Positions 8,234 to 17,752 of a DNA stretch of 64,000 nt are shown piece after piece. Each line of letters starts with the position of its first letter. Position 1 is the stretch's first letter. The stretch comes from a virus. The translations under genes were made by a program, and so were the position numbers. The stretch is taken from positions 1 to 64,000 of IMG/VR virus record IMGVR_UViG_3300024348_000001; one strand, given 5' to 3'. The notes beneath the pieces were generated by a model. It saw only the letters and a list, made by a program, of their open reading frames with translations, was not told the origin of the DNA and made no database searches.

Positions 8234-8866
8234 TTAAGCAGGATAGACAGTAACGACCTGTATGTCCAAATCATTTTTAGGAATATGGTCTATTGGCATT
8301 AACGGCAATCCAACGTATTTTCCTTCGCGGTTAATTTGTTCAACCAGCGGACGGCACCCAAAGTCCGTACGGTTAACGTAATAATCGTCCATCAAAAATG
8401 TATTTTCGGTCGCAATCAAATGTTCCAGATTTTTAAAATCTGACGCAATGGTTTCAAGGCTGTGGCCGCCATCGATGAAAATAAAGTTTGGTTTGATTGC
8501 GGTAGGATCTTCTTTCCACGCCTTAAGCGTTTCCTGCGTGTTGCCTTTAAATAGCTGTGCTCCTTTAAAACGCCCACCGTATTTTTTGCCAAGTGTAGTT
8601 GCAAATACACGTTGCACTTCATCTGTAGACAAAGGCAATGTGCTCTTTGAAAATTCGGCTTTTGACATGTCAGGTGTCATATCTTCAAACAAATCAAACC
8701 CAATATATGTTGCAGTCCTGTTTGGTCCGTAACTTAGAAAATAATCCAACAAATTTGCGGCACGAACACCGTTAAACGTACCGACTTCCAAATACACAAA
8801 GTTAGTTGTACGCGCAGCCAAATCATCAAGCTTGCGCAACAAGTTTACATAACGACCGGCAAACAT
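8234..8866 (-). CDS. Class I SAM-dependent methyltransferase (Methyltransf_24-like)
   Basis: YLEVGTFNG, YIGFDLF, FIFIDGGHS, MDDY. Confidence 0.85.
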   Translation of the reverse strand: MFAGRYVNLLRKLDDLAARTTNFVYLEVGTFNGVRAANLLDYFLSYGPNRTATYIGFDLFEDMTPDMSKAEFSKSTLPLSTDEVQRVFATTLGKKYGGRFKGAQLFKGNTQETLKAWKEDPTAIKPNFIFIDGGHSLETIASDFKNLEHLIATENTFLMDDYYVNRTDFGCRPLVEQINREGKYVGLPLMPIDHIPKNDLDIQVVTVYPA

Positions 8867-8885
8867 GGGGAACTCCTATATGTGT

Positions 8886-9590
8886 TTATTCACTCTTATT
8901 CGACGCAGTTCTAAGATAAGTACTTGTATCTTCGGGAGGCGGTAACCACGGTAAATTGAATTCAGTAAGAAGTCGTTTGTAATCTTCCTCGCCGTGTACT
9001 GCACCGATAAATGGACTCAGCGTAAATGTATTAATGCCACCTTGCCGCAAAATATTACGTATTTTGGCTGTACCCTGCCTGTACTCTTTGTAAACATCTT
9101 TGGGCGCTAATCCGTGAAACTTAACATGCTGATCGTGTCCGTGGTGTTCGCCTGCAAGATCTGTCATGTCTACACCAACTAGAAAAATGTTCTTGGCACC
9201 CATCAACATTGCCATATGCATAGCTGTCTGTTGCACGCCGTACTCGATAAATAATGTATGTTCTTTAGGCGTGTAAAACAAATTGTAATTTTTTTGCTCT
9301 GTGACAAAAACGTAATACTCAGGGTCGTCGTATTTTAAATGACTCATCGGTGCTTTTTTCTTAACAATCCATTGTGTGTGATTACGCGTGCGTGTCTTGT
9401 TGTACAGCTTAAGCAATTCTGGATGCACCGTAATGCTGTATGTCAAAGTCCTGTAACGCCACGCCTGATTTAATCCAATTGTGATCTTGCCGTCTAAAAT
9501 TTCTAAAGGAAATACGCGCATGCTGGGACCCGTGCCCACAATGTAAATGTCTTGTCCTTCGTGCTTGTTGTACAATTCAGCAATCTGCAT
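8886..9590 (-). CDS. DUF115/MptE/Maf-like protein
   Basis: IYIVGTGPSM, ITIGLNQ, AMHMAMLMGAKNIFLVGVDM. Confidence 0.7.
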   Translation of the reverse strand: MQIAELYNKHEGQDIYIVGTGPSMRVFPLEILDGKITIGLNQAWRYRTLTYSITVHPELLKLYNKTRTRNHTQWIVKKKAPMSHLKYDDPEYYVFVTEQKNYNLFYTPKEHTLFIEYGVQQTAMHMAMLMGAKNIFLVGVDMTDLAGEHHGHDQHVKFHGLAPKDVYKEYRQGTAKIRNILRQGGINTFTLSPFIGAVHGEEDYKRLLTEFNLPWLPPPEDTSTYLRTASNKSE

Positions 9591-9592
9591 AA

Positions 9593-10399
9593 TTAAAAGA
9601 TTCCTAACTTGCGACCGTGCCTGCCTTTGTCGTGCGTGATGTAACCACGCAGCGCACTGTTTTCGACAACATCTGCGTTGCCGGTAACAGCTTCGGCAAG
9701 ATCCACAGCACTGACACCGGGATGTAACAAAACTTTCTGTAGTTGCATGCTGTCATCCCAACGATCTTCTTCCCTAAACGCACCAGACGTGTAACGTGCA
9801 ATTAACTGTTCCAGCAAGTCAGCACCGTTACCTTCAAGATTAAAGCCAAAGACACCCGTTTCCATGACAGGTCGTTTGTTCTTTAGGTAGAAGGCGTCGG
9901 TACCATTAAACCAATTATCAATGACGTTATCGGATACGCTTGATGTAAACACGCAATCGGCATCAATCCATATGATGCTGGAATAAGCGGTATGCGTTTT
10001 ATGCCGTTCTAAGGCTGCGCGTAATGCCACGATCTTACGAAACCAGCGTGCCGCATTGTAGTTAAACCATGCAGCGGGACACTTAGGTTTGTGGCTCTTA
10101 CTGTTGGCAGTGTAAGGACCTCCCGCACACTCACAAGCATTAGTTGATTGACCGCCGAACTTTACAGGAATGATGTCTGCGTTCTTGGTCTGCCATTCTT
10201 TAAAGAAACTGTCACTCAGAACGTTGTGGTATTGAAAGAGCGTAGACAACGGTAACTGCTGGTAATTGACGTGCTCTAATCCCAGCAAAAATTGGAATGT
10301 GTTTTCGTTCTGCAAATAAGATTGCACCAACGGGATACCACTCTGATGCAATATCCGGTCAGAGAAAGAAGTAACCCACAGCGGTTTAAGTCCAGCCAT
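9593..10399 (-). CDS. GT-A fold glycosyltransferase
   Basis: WFRKIVAL, IIWIDADC DxD motif, ETGVFGFN, WDDS, terminal H.KG. Confidence 0.7.
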   Translation of the reverse strand: MAGLKPLWVTSFSDRILHQSGIPLVQSYLQNENTFQFLLGLEHVNYQQLPLSTLFQYHNVLSDSFFKEWQTKNADIIPVKFGGQSTNACECAGGPYTANSKSHKPKCPAAWFNYNAARWFRKIVALRAALERHKTHTAYSSIIWIDADCVFTSSVSDNVIDNWFNGTDAFYLKNKRPVMETGVFGFNLEGNGADLLEQLIARYTSGAFREEDRWDDSMQLQKVLLHPGVSAVDLAEAVTGNADVVENSALRGYITHDKGRHGRKLGIF

Positions 10400-10401
10400 G
10401 A

Positions 10402-11181
10402 TTACAATCCTTTGATGTGCTCAAGATAAATAGGATGCAGCCCATTAGTGTTGCGCCAGTCTTCCTTAACGTTGAACTTGGCAACAGCATCCTTAACCTC
10501 GGCCTCTGTAATAATTGCGTTACGGTAGGCATGCTTAAATTCTTCTATCCACAAATACGCTAAAGGATGATCTGGTTTGTACCAAGGCTGCTCTGGCTCC
10601 TTGGTGTAATGCAACAATGCTGTGGTGTTGGGATTGTAAATGTTTAAATGATTCCATTCGATTGGCAAGATTCCCGGAGCTGGTTGCATCCACTTGGCGT
10701 GCATAAAATCGGCATATGCTTGTTTGGTTGAATTCTTCTTCAGCCAATCAAACATGTAACGGCGGCTCCACTCAAAATAATTCTTGGCCTTAAGACAATC
10801 AATCACCATGACAGATGACTGTGGCCATGGCTTAGGATTGAACTTGTCTGGTTGATATGTCATAGCTGCTGAGGTCTTATCCCTCATGGCCTCAATGCCC
10901 ATCTGCAACAAGCCTGCAATGTCTTTGAAAACAATCTGATCAGCATCCAGATAGATAGCGTGCCCTTGCCAGTTACACGCTTCGGGGATCATCCAACGGC
11001 GTAACGAGAAACCTGTACCGACTTGAATACCTTCCGTTGCGTATTCCCATTCAGCGCCAATCATAGGTGTGAATGTGACAATCGATGTTGTACGGCGCTG
11101 AATGGAATGCTGGAGAACTTTGCGCGCTATCTCAGTCTTAGGTTCGGTGCCGATAAACACCTTGATATCTGACATGCGCAT
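10402..11181 (-). CDS. GT8-like glycosyltransferase
   Basis: VFIG, FSLRRW, AIYLDADQI, SSVMVID, EWNHL, LLHYT..PW. Confidence 0.8.
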   Translation of the reverse strand: MRMSDIKVFIGTEPKTEIARKVLQHSIQRRTTSIVTFTPMIGAEWEYATEGIQVGTGFSLRRWMIPEACNWQGHAIYLDADQIVFKDIAGLLQMGIEAMRDKTSAAMTYQPDKFNPKPWPQSSVMVIDCLKAKNYFEWSRRYMFDWLKKNSTKQAYADFMHAKWMQPAPGILPIEWNHLNIYNPNTTALLHYTKEPEQPWYKPDHPLAYLWIEEFKHAYRNAIITEAEVKDAVAKFNVKEDWRNTNGLHPIYLEHIKGL

Positions 11182-11202
11182 TCTCCGTGGTTAAAGCGCA
11201 TT

Positions 11203-11811
11203 TTACAATTTAACTATGCGAACGCCAGATGACTTTACGGTTTTTTCAAACTCATCAAATTGAATATCGAACGAACTGCGACCGTTAGATAAGCGGTCTT
11301 TGGTGTCGAATGCTGGGTTGTAACGCGTGCCGCCATCAACGCCTAATGTGTAAATCTCTTCTGTGTGCCCTGCGGCTACCAACAGATTGATTGCAGCTAC
11401 GGCACTGAAATACCTAACTCTTATTACTGGGTAATCAGGATTAGGTTTCAAAGAACTGGTGGTGCTGTTGAATGTGTACACGTTACCTGCGTCTGCGTAT
11501 TCTTTCCAATAAGCACTTGTAGAAAATAAAACATCGAGAGAATCTTTACCCGACTTGGAGTTCTGGTGGGGTCTCCATGGCAATATGACTTTAATGTTTT
11601 TTGCTTTGAGTTCGTCGAAACATTCCGCAAAGGCTTCACGGTCAATGAACAAAGCAGCAGAAGGTGTCGTCAGCCTAAACGCATGATTAAGCGTCAGGAT
11701 GTTAACAATATCAGTGCTGAAGTTTTTGACTTTATCCGATGTTGGACCTTTGCCGACAACTAGCCAACTTTTAGACGTGTCTTTAAGCAAATCAAGCGCG
11801 TTAAGAAACAT
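11203..11811 (-). CDS. DUF115/sialyltransferase-like protein
   Basis: VVGKGPTS, ILTLNHA, SAVAAINLL..G..IYTLGVDG; ATG at 11811 overlaps the cupin stop. Confidence 0.6.
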   Translation of the reverse strand: MFLNALDLLKDTSKSWLVVGKGPTSDKVKNFSTDIVNILTLNHAFRLTTPSAALFIDREAFAECFDELKAKNIKVILPWRPHQNSKSGKDSLDVLFSTSAYWKEYADAGNVYTFNSTTSSLKPNPDYPVIRVRYFSAVAAINLLVAAGHTEEIYTLGVDGGTRYNPAFDTKDRLSNGRSSFDIQFDEFEKTVKSSGVRIVKL

Positions 11812-12199
11812 TAGATTTTTTCGGTGTAATACCGCCCTCGTCCGCACGAACAATGTCTGAAGGGTCAAGACTCACCCAATAGGTCTCAATCAATTCCACG
11901 TCCGTGATCGCTTCAAAACGGTGCTCGACGTTGGCATGCACTGAGAACCTGTCACCGGCATTAAGGGTAACAGTGTGTATCTCTTGGCCTGCGGCGTCAT
12001 ACACAATGACTTTAAGAAGGCCTTCGACAAGATAAAAGTCGTTGGCTTTGGCTTTGTGGTGGTGCCGGGAGCTATAGCCCCCGGCAGAAATTTGTGCGTG
12101 ATGCACTTCAAAGTTGGCGTCAGAAAAAATACAGCGATTGGTTCCCCAGCGTTTTGACAACACTGGTACGGTACACGCTTTTAGGTTAGACGAAGACAC
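11801..12199 (-). CDS. Cupin-domain protein (sugar isomerase-like)
   Basis: SRHHH..K..FY..EG and GD......HRF cupin motifs; GTG start with AGGA. Confidence 0.8.
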   Translation of the reverse strand: MSSSNLKACTVPVLSKRWGTNRCIFSDANFEVHHAQISAGGYSSRHHHKAKANDFYLVEGLLKVIVYDAAGQEIHTVTLNAGDRFSVHANVEHRFEAITDVELIETYWVSLDPSDIVRADEGGITPKKSNVS

Positions 12200-12214
12200 G
12201 ATAAGTCCTAGTTG

Positions 12215-13996
12215 TTAAACGCGGGGAGGTCCGACAAAATTATCAGGCGGTCCGACAAAATCAGGCGGTCCGACAAAGTCGGGATGTTCGGGATATTGCT
12301 TTGGATTAAAGTAAGGATTTTGCCCCGGCAAATTAAAGCCCATATGTTTACGCATAAGCGGATTTAGCAATCTTGCGAGGTGCGGATAAGCACCTGCGCC
12401 AAGACCAAGAGCGCCAAGGCCAGTCAATGTATTATTTCCTGTCAACAATCCAAGACCACCAGCAAGACCGCCACCAAGCATAGAGTAACGCTGCCATGCC
12501 GGCATTGTTTTAACGTCATATCCAAGCATACTAAACATTGGATTTGTAAATTGTTCTATGGCGTTGTGGGTGTCTCCAAAAAATCCGCGTATTGCACTAT
12601 CACGTTCATTAACTACGTGGTCTTGTATTTTGTCGGCGCCCTCTTGTGCCTTACCGGCAACTTGACCCGCAACATTATTAGCACCAACACCCACTTGCTG
12701 TAACGCACCTGTAATTTTGCCGAAATTTGGAATTTCAGGAAATTTACCTTGCATTGCACCGCCTAGCGCATTGCCAACACCTTGAACGCCCCCGGTAGCT
12801 GCGCCGGTAATTGCATCTATTCCGCCTGTGACCGCTTTACCTATAGACGGCATATATGGTTTTATTGCGGATTTCATTTTTTGGCGCAATGCTTCTTGCT
12901 TGATTACATCCATAAAGCCGCCTACGCCTTTTTGTACATCTTCCCATGCTGGAAGTTTAGGAAATTGCGGAGGTGCTGCGGGTGGCTGCGGGTTAGCACC
13001 AGCCGGCGGGACAGCGGGTGGTGCGTTTGGTGGGGCAGCTGGTTGCTTTGGTTTAAACCGATCCAAGAAGCCGCCTACGCCTTTTTGTACATCTTCCCAT
13101 GCTGGAAGTTTAGGAAATTGCGGAGGTGCTGCGGGTGGTTGTGGTGGCTGGTTGCGGGGCGACGTAGGAAGAGACGGAGGTAATTGCGGGCGCAAAGGAT
13201 CGGGATTTAGCGCGTCGGCGAGCGGATCACTAGATCCGGCAAACTTTTCAAGGCCTGACAACAATTGTCCAAGCAATTGCGGATTGACAGCTCCACTTGT
13301 TTTAATAAGTGCTTGTGCAATTTGATCCAAATTCATACCCCGTGCCATACATGTATCAACAAACGTATCCGCTAAAGTCATGTCATAGCTTTGCTTTTTA
13401 CGAAAACGATCTAACGATTGCATAGCTGCCATGCCAGTTGCATGATCTTCAGGACGCTGTGCGTAACTTAAACCATTAGATTCGCCCATGGCGCTGCGAG
13501 GAGGCTTAGTATTGTCTTGGCGGGAATACTTATATAGCGCAGCAAATTTACCAAACGATTGCGTTAAATCCATTGCAGCTTTACCTGTAGAAAACAAGTC
13601 TGCATGCAATTCTCTAGTAGGAGATCGGTCCTGTGAATTACGCGCCACGGCACCTTCCTCCAAAAGACTGTTTAGTGTGTTCTGCTGATAATTGTCTGAA
13701 GGTGTGCGCATCCGAGATTGCCGGCGAGGGTTTGCGGGAATCGGTGTCGGCATACCATTCTGTGCTTGCTTGACCGTTTCATCAGCTCCGGGAATTTGTG
13801 CAACTTGCTGCACACCACTAGCTGTGGCAGGCGTTGGAACTGGCGTCTTGAGCTGCGTGGCAGGATTGGTGTTTTGTTTACCTGCAAGTGCCGCAGCGTT
13901 TAAATTAGCGCCAAACATTGCAGACAACGGCTTAGGTTGCCTACTGCTAGCTCCAGTAGGCATAAACCCCGGCTGATTAAAAGACTGCGGTATCAT
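12215..13996 (-). CDS. Pro/Gly-rich K-x-A motif protein, putative virion-internal
   Basis: 593-aa ORF; KAA, KFA, KTS, KFA motifs; duplicated PPQFPKLPAWEDVQKGVGGF; Gly-rich hydrophobic C-terminal segment; FVGPP tail repeats. Confidence 0.75.
   Translation of the reverse strand: MIPQSFNQPGFMPTGASSRQPKPLSAMFGANLNAAALAGKQNTNPATQLKTPVPTPATASGVQQVAQIPGADETVKQAQNGMPTPIPANPRRQSRMRTPSDNYQQNTLNSLLEEGAVARNSQDRSPTRELHADLFSTGKAAMDLTQSFGKFAALYKYSRQDNTKPPRSAMGESNGLSYAQRPEDHATGMAAMQSLDRFRKKQSYDMTLADTFVDTCMARGMNLDQIAQALIKTSGAVNPQLLGQLLSGLEKFAGSSDPLADALNPDPLRPQLPPSLPTSPRNQPPQPPAAPPQFPKLPAWEDVQKGVGGFLDRFKPKQPAAPPNAPPAVPPAGANPQPPAAPPQFPKLPAWEDVQKGVGGFMDVIKQEALRQKMKSAIKPYMPSIGKAVTGGIDAITGAATGGVQGVGNALGGAMQGKFPEIPNFGKITGALQQVGVGANNVAGQVAGKAQEGADKIQDHVVNERDSAIRGFFGDTHNAIEQFTNPMFSMLGYDVKTMPAWQRYSMLGGGLAGGLGLLTGNNTLTGLGALGLGAGAYPHLARLLNPLMRKHMGFNLPGQNPYFNPKQYPEHPDFVGPPDFVGPPDNFVGPPRV
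12915..13138. repeat. Exact 71-bp direct repeat (12915-12985 and 13068-13138)
   Basis: Both copies read aagccgcctacgcctttttgtacatcttccc...gctgcgggtgg; the 153-nt offset keeps the frame. Confidence 0.9.
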
Positions 13997-15033
13997 CAGT
14001 TGCTCTCGTTTTTCTTTTTCTTAGAACCGGACATTGCGCGATACAAACCGTATCCGCCTAAACCACCTGCGGCAAGCAAAGCCAAAACACGAGGATCTTT
14101 AGCGTATTCAGCTAATCGACTAAGCATGGAAGGGGAAGGAACTGTGGGAGCGGACGAAGCTGCGGAAGAGGACGAATCTGCGGGCGCGGACGAAGCTGCG
14201 GGGGCGGGCGATGCTGCGGAAGCCGCCGGTGCTTCGTCGCGTCCTATTTGACGCAACGCTGGCGCAGTTGATTTTGACGAAGATGCTTCAAGACCACCAA
14301 CAGGATCCAAACGCATATTATCTGACTGCAATGGAGGCATTTCGCCCTTATCTGCCCTCGCACGCTCTAATGCTGCTAAATTTCCTAAAAACTCACCGGT
14401 GGGTTTTACGTCTGAACGATCGGTTTCTGCGCATTTACGCATAACGGAATTCTTATCTTTAACAGAAACGTCGTTATATGATTGCGGCGTTTGCACTGCT
14501 ACTTTGCGAGAATCATCAAGCGCAGATTTGCATAGTGTCAATGCAAACACACCACGCTCTTCGCCTGACAAATGCGGAAACGCCATCTTAATTGACTGCA
14601 CCAAAGGGTAACCATTTGACAAGTTTGCTTGCAACGCTCTAAAGGCAGAACGTTTCGTCATCGGCAACGCAGCGGCTACCTTAGTAAGCAAAGAATCCAT
14701 CATCAACAAAGAAGCTTGTTTGACTAAGTATCCGTGCAACTTGTTGGCCATGGCGCTCTTCTCCTCGTTGTCAGTATCTGGTTCAGATACCGGTTTAAGT
14801 TTAGGTAAATCCGGTGTGTACTTAGACTTTATCACAGGCGGTAGCTTAGGCGGTAATTTAGCTTTGCGTTTTTGCGGAAAAGACGCCAAAGCTTGTTTAA
14901 GTATGGGGTCCATCGTGTCTGAACACCTTGAATCTTCTACCTTTGTCGCAGTACGTTTGTCGTTGCGATTAGGTAAAAATATGTAAGGATCATATGTCCC
15001 CGGACGCCCAGAAGCTAATTTATTGTAAAACAT
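13996..15033 (-). CDS. K-x-A motif protein, putative virion-internal
   Basis: KLAS, KSAM, KQAS, KVAA, KSAL, KVAV, KCAE; Ala/Ser/Pro linker; C-terminal ALLAAGGLGGYGLY plus basic tail. Confidence 0.75.
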   Translation of the reverse strand: MFYNKLASGRPGTYDPYIFLPNRNDKRTATKVEDSRCSDTMDPILKQALASFPQKRKAKLPPKLPPVIKSKYTPDLPKLKPVSEPDTDNEEKSAMANKLHGYLVKQASLLMMDSLLTKVAAALPMTKRSAFRALQANLSNGYPLVQSIKMAFPHLSGEERGVFALTLCKSALDDSRKVAVQTPQSYNDVSVKDKNSVMRKCAETDRSDVKPTGEFLGNLAALERARADKGEMPPLQSDNMRLDPVGGLEASSSKSTAPALRQIGRDEAPAASAASPAPAASSAPADSSSSAASSAPTVPSPSMLSRLAEYAKDPRVLALLAAGGLGGYGLYRAMSGSKKKKNESN

Positions 15034-15056
15034 CTATATGTCTCCACACAAACAAT

Positions 15057-15716
15057 TTATTTGACGCCAAACTGCTTGGACAACGCATCAAGATATGTGC
15101 CACCTTGTCGGCTAAACGGATTGTCGTAAACATGGCGAAGAGGACTTTGTCTTGTATTTAAATCTGCGCGCACAGATTCGTGTTGTCCAAGACGAGATTG
15201 ATTGTTGTACAACATTTCTTTACCCGCATCTAACTTGTCTGCAAACCAATTATTTATTGGATCTAAATATGTTTGAGGATGCGTTGCCTTATCCACACGC
15301 GCTTGCCGGTTAGCTGCAAATTGCATGGAAGGCAATACTCGCATGGCTTCTGTACCCAAGCCACCTATTGCGGCACCGCCTACTCCGCCGTAAATACCGC
15401 CACGCACTGCACCACTTAGTCCGCTACCAATACGACTCATAACGTCGTCATCGTCGTCATCAGAAGAAAACAACCCACTGATACCACCAATACCGGCACC
15501 AAGAAGTGCGCCTGCTCCACCTAAACCTACGGCATTTGCAAGCGCAGGATCCGCCGCAGCTGTCTTTACAGCCAATTCCTGAATTGTAATTGCACCACTT
15601 TTTTCTGCATGCTCAGGCAGTTTTTTAATGTCGGGCGTATGGTCAGCCCAACGCTTTGCCATTTCAGGGTGATTGGCAAACATCCAGCGTTGCTGTGCTT
15701 TTGATTTAAACGGCAT
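15057..15716 (-). CDS. K-x-A motif protein with glycine-zipper segments
   Basis: N-terminal MPFKSKAQQRWMFANHPEMAKRW, KSGA, KTAA, GALLGAGIGG and GGVGGAAIGG. Confidence 0.75.
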   Translation of the reverse strand: MPFKSKAQQRWMFANHPEMAKRWADHTPDIKKLPEHAEKSGAITIQELAVKTAAADPALANAVGLGGAGALLGAGIGGISGLFSSDDDDDDVMSRIGSGLSGAVRGGIYGGVGGAAIGGLGTEAMRVLPSMQFAANRQARVDKATHPQTYLDPINNWFADKLDAGKEMLYNNQSRLGQHESVRADLNTRQSPLRHVYDNPFSRQGGTYLDALSKQFGVK

Positions 15717-15760
15717 GATTCAAACCTCGCATAAGCGTTTATGTCTTGTCTGCGCGTAAA

Positions 15761-16927
15761 TTAACCGGGCGCAACACTTAGCAATTTATTGAGAGCAGCT
15801 TGTCTACCGTCATTAGTACCGCCGTAATATGCCGCAAGTCCGCCAAGCCCAGCTCCACCGAGAGTAGCCAACAATTTACTTACAGTAAGACCTTTCTTGG
15901 GATTAACACCCGATAAAGCTCGATGCAAATAATAACCAAGAGCTCCGCCGGCAGTTGCGCCTGTTGCGGTAATGCCAATGTTTTTAAGTTTATTTCTAGC
16001 CATCAATGCGCCTTGCGCTGGCGCAGCGTAATTACCCATTTGCTTACGTAAACCGCCACCGGCTGGACCTGAAATGCCGGCTGGTTCGACAATGTTGTGT
16101 TTTTTAAGAAAAGCAGAAGTCGTACCTGTGGACTCTGCCGCTGCATATTCGTCTAACAAGGCTTGCGTAGCTGCCGGATTTAATCCTTTACCGGCAGCCA
16201 CATTTTCCAAATATGTTTCTGCACCCGTTTCATATTTTCGCACAGCTTCCTGCAATTTAGGCGGCAATTCTTTGTGATATTTGCGCAAAAATCTCATTTG
16301 CCGATCGTGAGGAATTAGGTCTGTGTCGATTTCATGCGGATCGACATAACTCGTTTCAGGCGTATCGAGTTCTTCCTGCAAAAAAGTTCGCCACGCTTTA
16401 TCAAATTCGGGACGAGCGCCTTCAGCCATACCGCGCACATTTGGATGCGCTTGATGAAAATAAGCAGAAATAGGTCCTTTTCTAAAAGCGTCATAATGCG
16501 TACGCGATTCTAATCGCTGTAAAGGTGTTTTAACTACATATGACGGGGGAACGTTAGCTTTCGCCATAATCGCAGGACTGCTGCGCAACTGTGTCATGAT
16601 TTCGCCAACTGGAATACCAAACGGTTTTAAGCTGGCTGCGGCCGATAACACATCGTGATAATGCGTAAAATCTGTATCGCCGGGAAGTCGTGCAGGTTTA
16701 GTAGCTGAGTCTAATTTTCTTTGTACAAAATCAGCTTGAGCATCTCCGGCAATACCGTAAGCAGCACCCAAACCAGCAGCACCAACACCCGCACCGGCGA
16801 CACCCAAGGAAGGCAGCACATAATCAGTCCAACTATGCGTTTTCTTTTTGGCCTTTTTAGCCCCAGTCAACGCTTCAAGTTTTTCAGCGATTTTGTACAT
16901 GCCGCCACTCCCGTTAAATGTAAGCAT
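15761..16927 (-). CDS. K-x-A motif protein with glycine-zipper segments
   Basis: KIAE near the N-terminus; Gly-rich hydrophobic stretches at both ends. Confidence 0.75.
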   Translation of the reverse strand: MLTFNGSGGMYKIAEKLEALTGAKKAKKKTHSWTDYVLPSLGVAGAGVGAAGLGAAYGIAGDAQADFVQRKLDSATKPARLPGDTDFTHYHDVLSAAASLKPFGIPVGEIMTQLRSSPAIMAKANVPPSYVVKTPLQRLESRTHYDAFRKGPISAYFHQAHPNVRGMAEGARPEFDKAWRTFLQEELDTPETSYVDPHEIDTDLIPHDRQMRFLRKYHKELPPKLQEAVRKYETGAETYLENVAAGKGLNPAATQALLDEYAAAESTGTTSAFLKKHNIVEPAGISGPAGGGLRKQMGNYAAPAQGALMARNKLKNIGITATGATAGGALGYYLHRALSGVNPKKGLTVSKLLATLGGAGLGGLAAYYGGTNDGRQAALNKLLSVAPG

Positions 16928-16943
16928 GTTTCAGTATAGTCAC

Positions 16944-17744
16944 TTATTCGATGTCAAACAAAGAATCGATGTCACCGTTGGTTTCATCTAATTGTTCTGC
17001 GATTTCTTGCTTAGGATCAAAATCATCATCGTAATCTGACATGTTTTCAAACGCACTGTCTTTGCCATCCTGCGACGGTGCAAACACTCCGGCAACAAAC
17101 TGCTGCAAGAATATTAAATTCTTGGCAAACTTTTCTTTAAACAACAACGACGCTTTTTCCAACAAGTTATACGCAAGATATGCAGAAGACAGGGATATGT
17201 TGTTTTGCTTGTGTATGTTGTCTATGCCCTTCTCGGAAACAATAGCCGTAATGTTGTCCAATGTGGCCTTGAGCGCCAACATGACAGATGCATCGGTCAG
17301 GGGCATCTTGTCGTCAGGATCCGAACGGGCACAGATAGTTTGAGTTTGCACAATAGCCGTAGTGTTGTCGTCGTAGCAAAATCCAACGCTCACTGTAACT
17401 GCTTTGATGCTTTTCTCAGGCTCGTCGTGCGTCGCCATTGTGTACACAGGCCATAACGTCAGAACAATATCTTGCCCCGAAGAAACATCAAGCATAGAAC
17501 TTAATTGCTCATAAACTTCACGTGTAACTTCAGCTTCGTGGCATAACTGCTTAGCGTCAAATTCTTCAAAATGCTCAATAAGCCAAAACAGAAAAGCGGC
17601 CGGAGATGCCCGGTGCTTTTCTGTTTCTGTTGATTCGTTGTCTTCTGTTTCCCAAAATCGATCAAACAATACGCGTAAAAGATACGGAACGCCGGGGTCC
17701 ATGAACGTGTCATCATCATCGTCAGAAGAGTCGTCGTATGGCAC
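16944..17744 (-). CDS. Hypothetical acidic protein
   Basis: 266-aa ORF in operon context; acidic termini. Confidence 0.7.
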   Translation of the reverse strand: MPYDDSSDDDDDTFMDPGVPYLLRVLFDRFWETEDNESTETEKHRASPAAFLFWLIEHFEEFDAKQLCHEAEVTREVYEQLSSMLDVSSGQDIVLTLWPVYTMATHDEPEKSIKAVTVSVGFCYDDNTTAIVQTQTICARSDPDDKMPLTDASVMLALKATLDNITAIVSEKGIDNIHKQNNISLSSAYLAYNLLEKASLLFKEKFAKNLIFLQQFVAGVFAPSQDGKDSAFENMSDYDDDFDPKQEIAEQLDETNGDIDSLFDIE

Positions 17745-17752
17745 GGCTAACC

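Noticed and set aside
3469-12199. Glycosyltransferases as a DNA hypermodification pathway
   Set aside because: No hydroxymethylase, deaminase or base-kinase genes were recognised nearby, and the cluster adjoins virion-type genes. Not excluded without nucleoside analysis.
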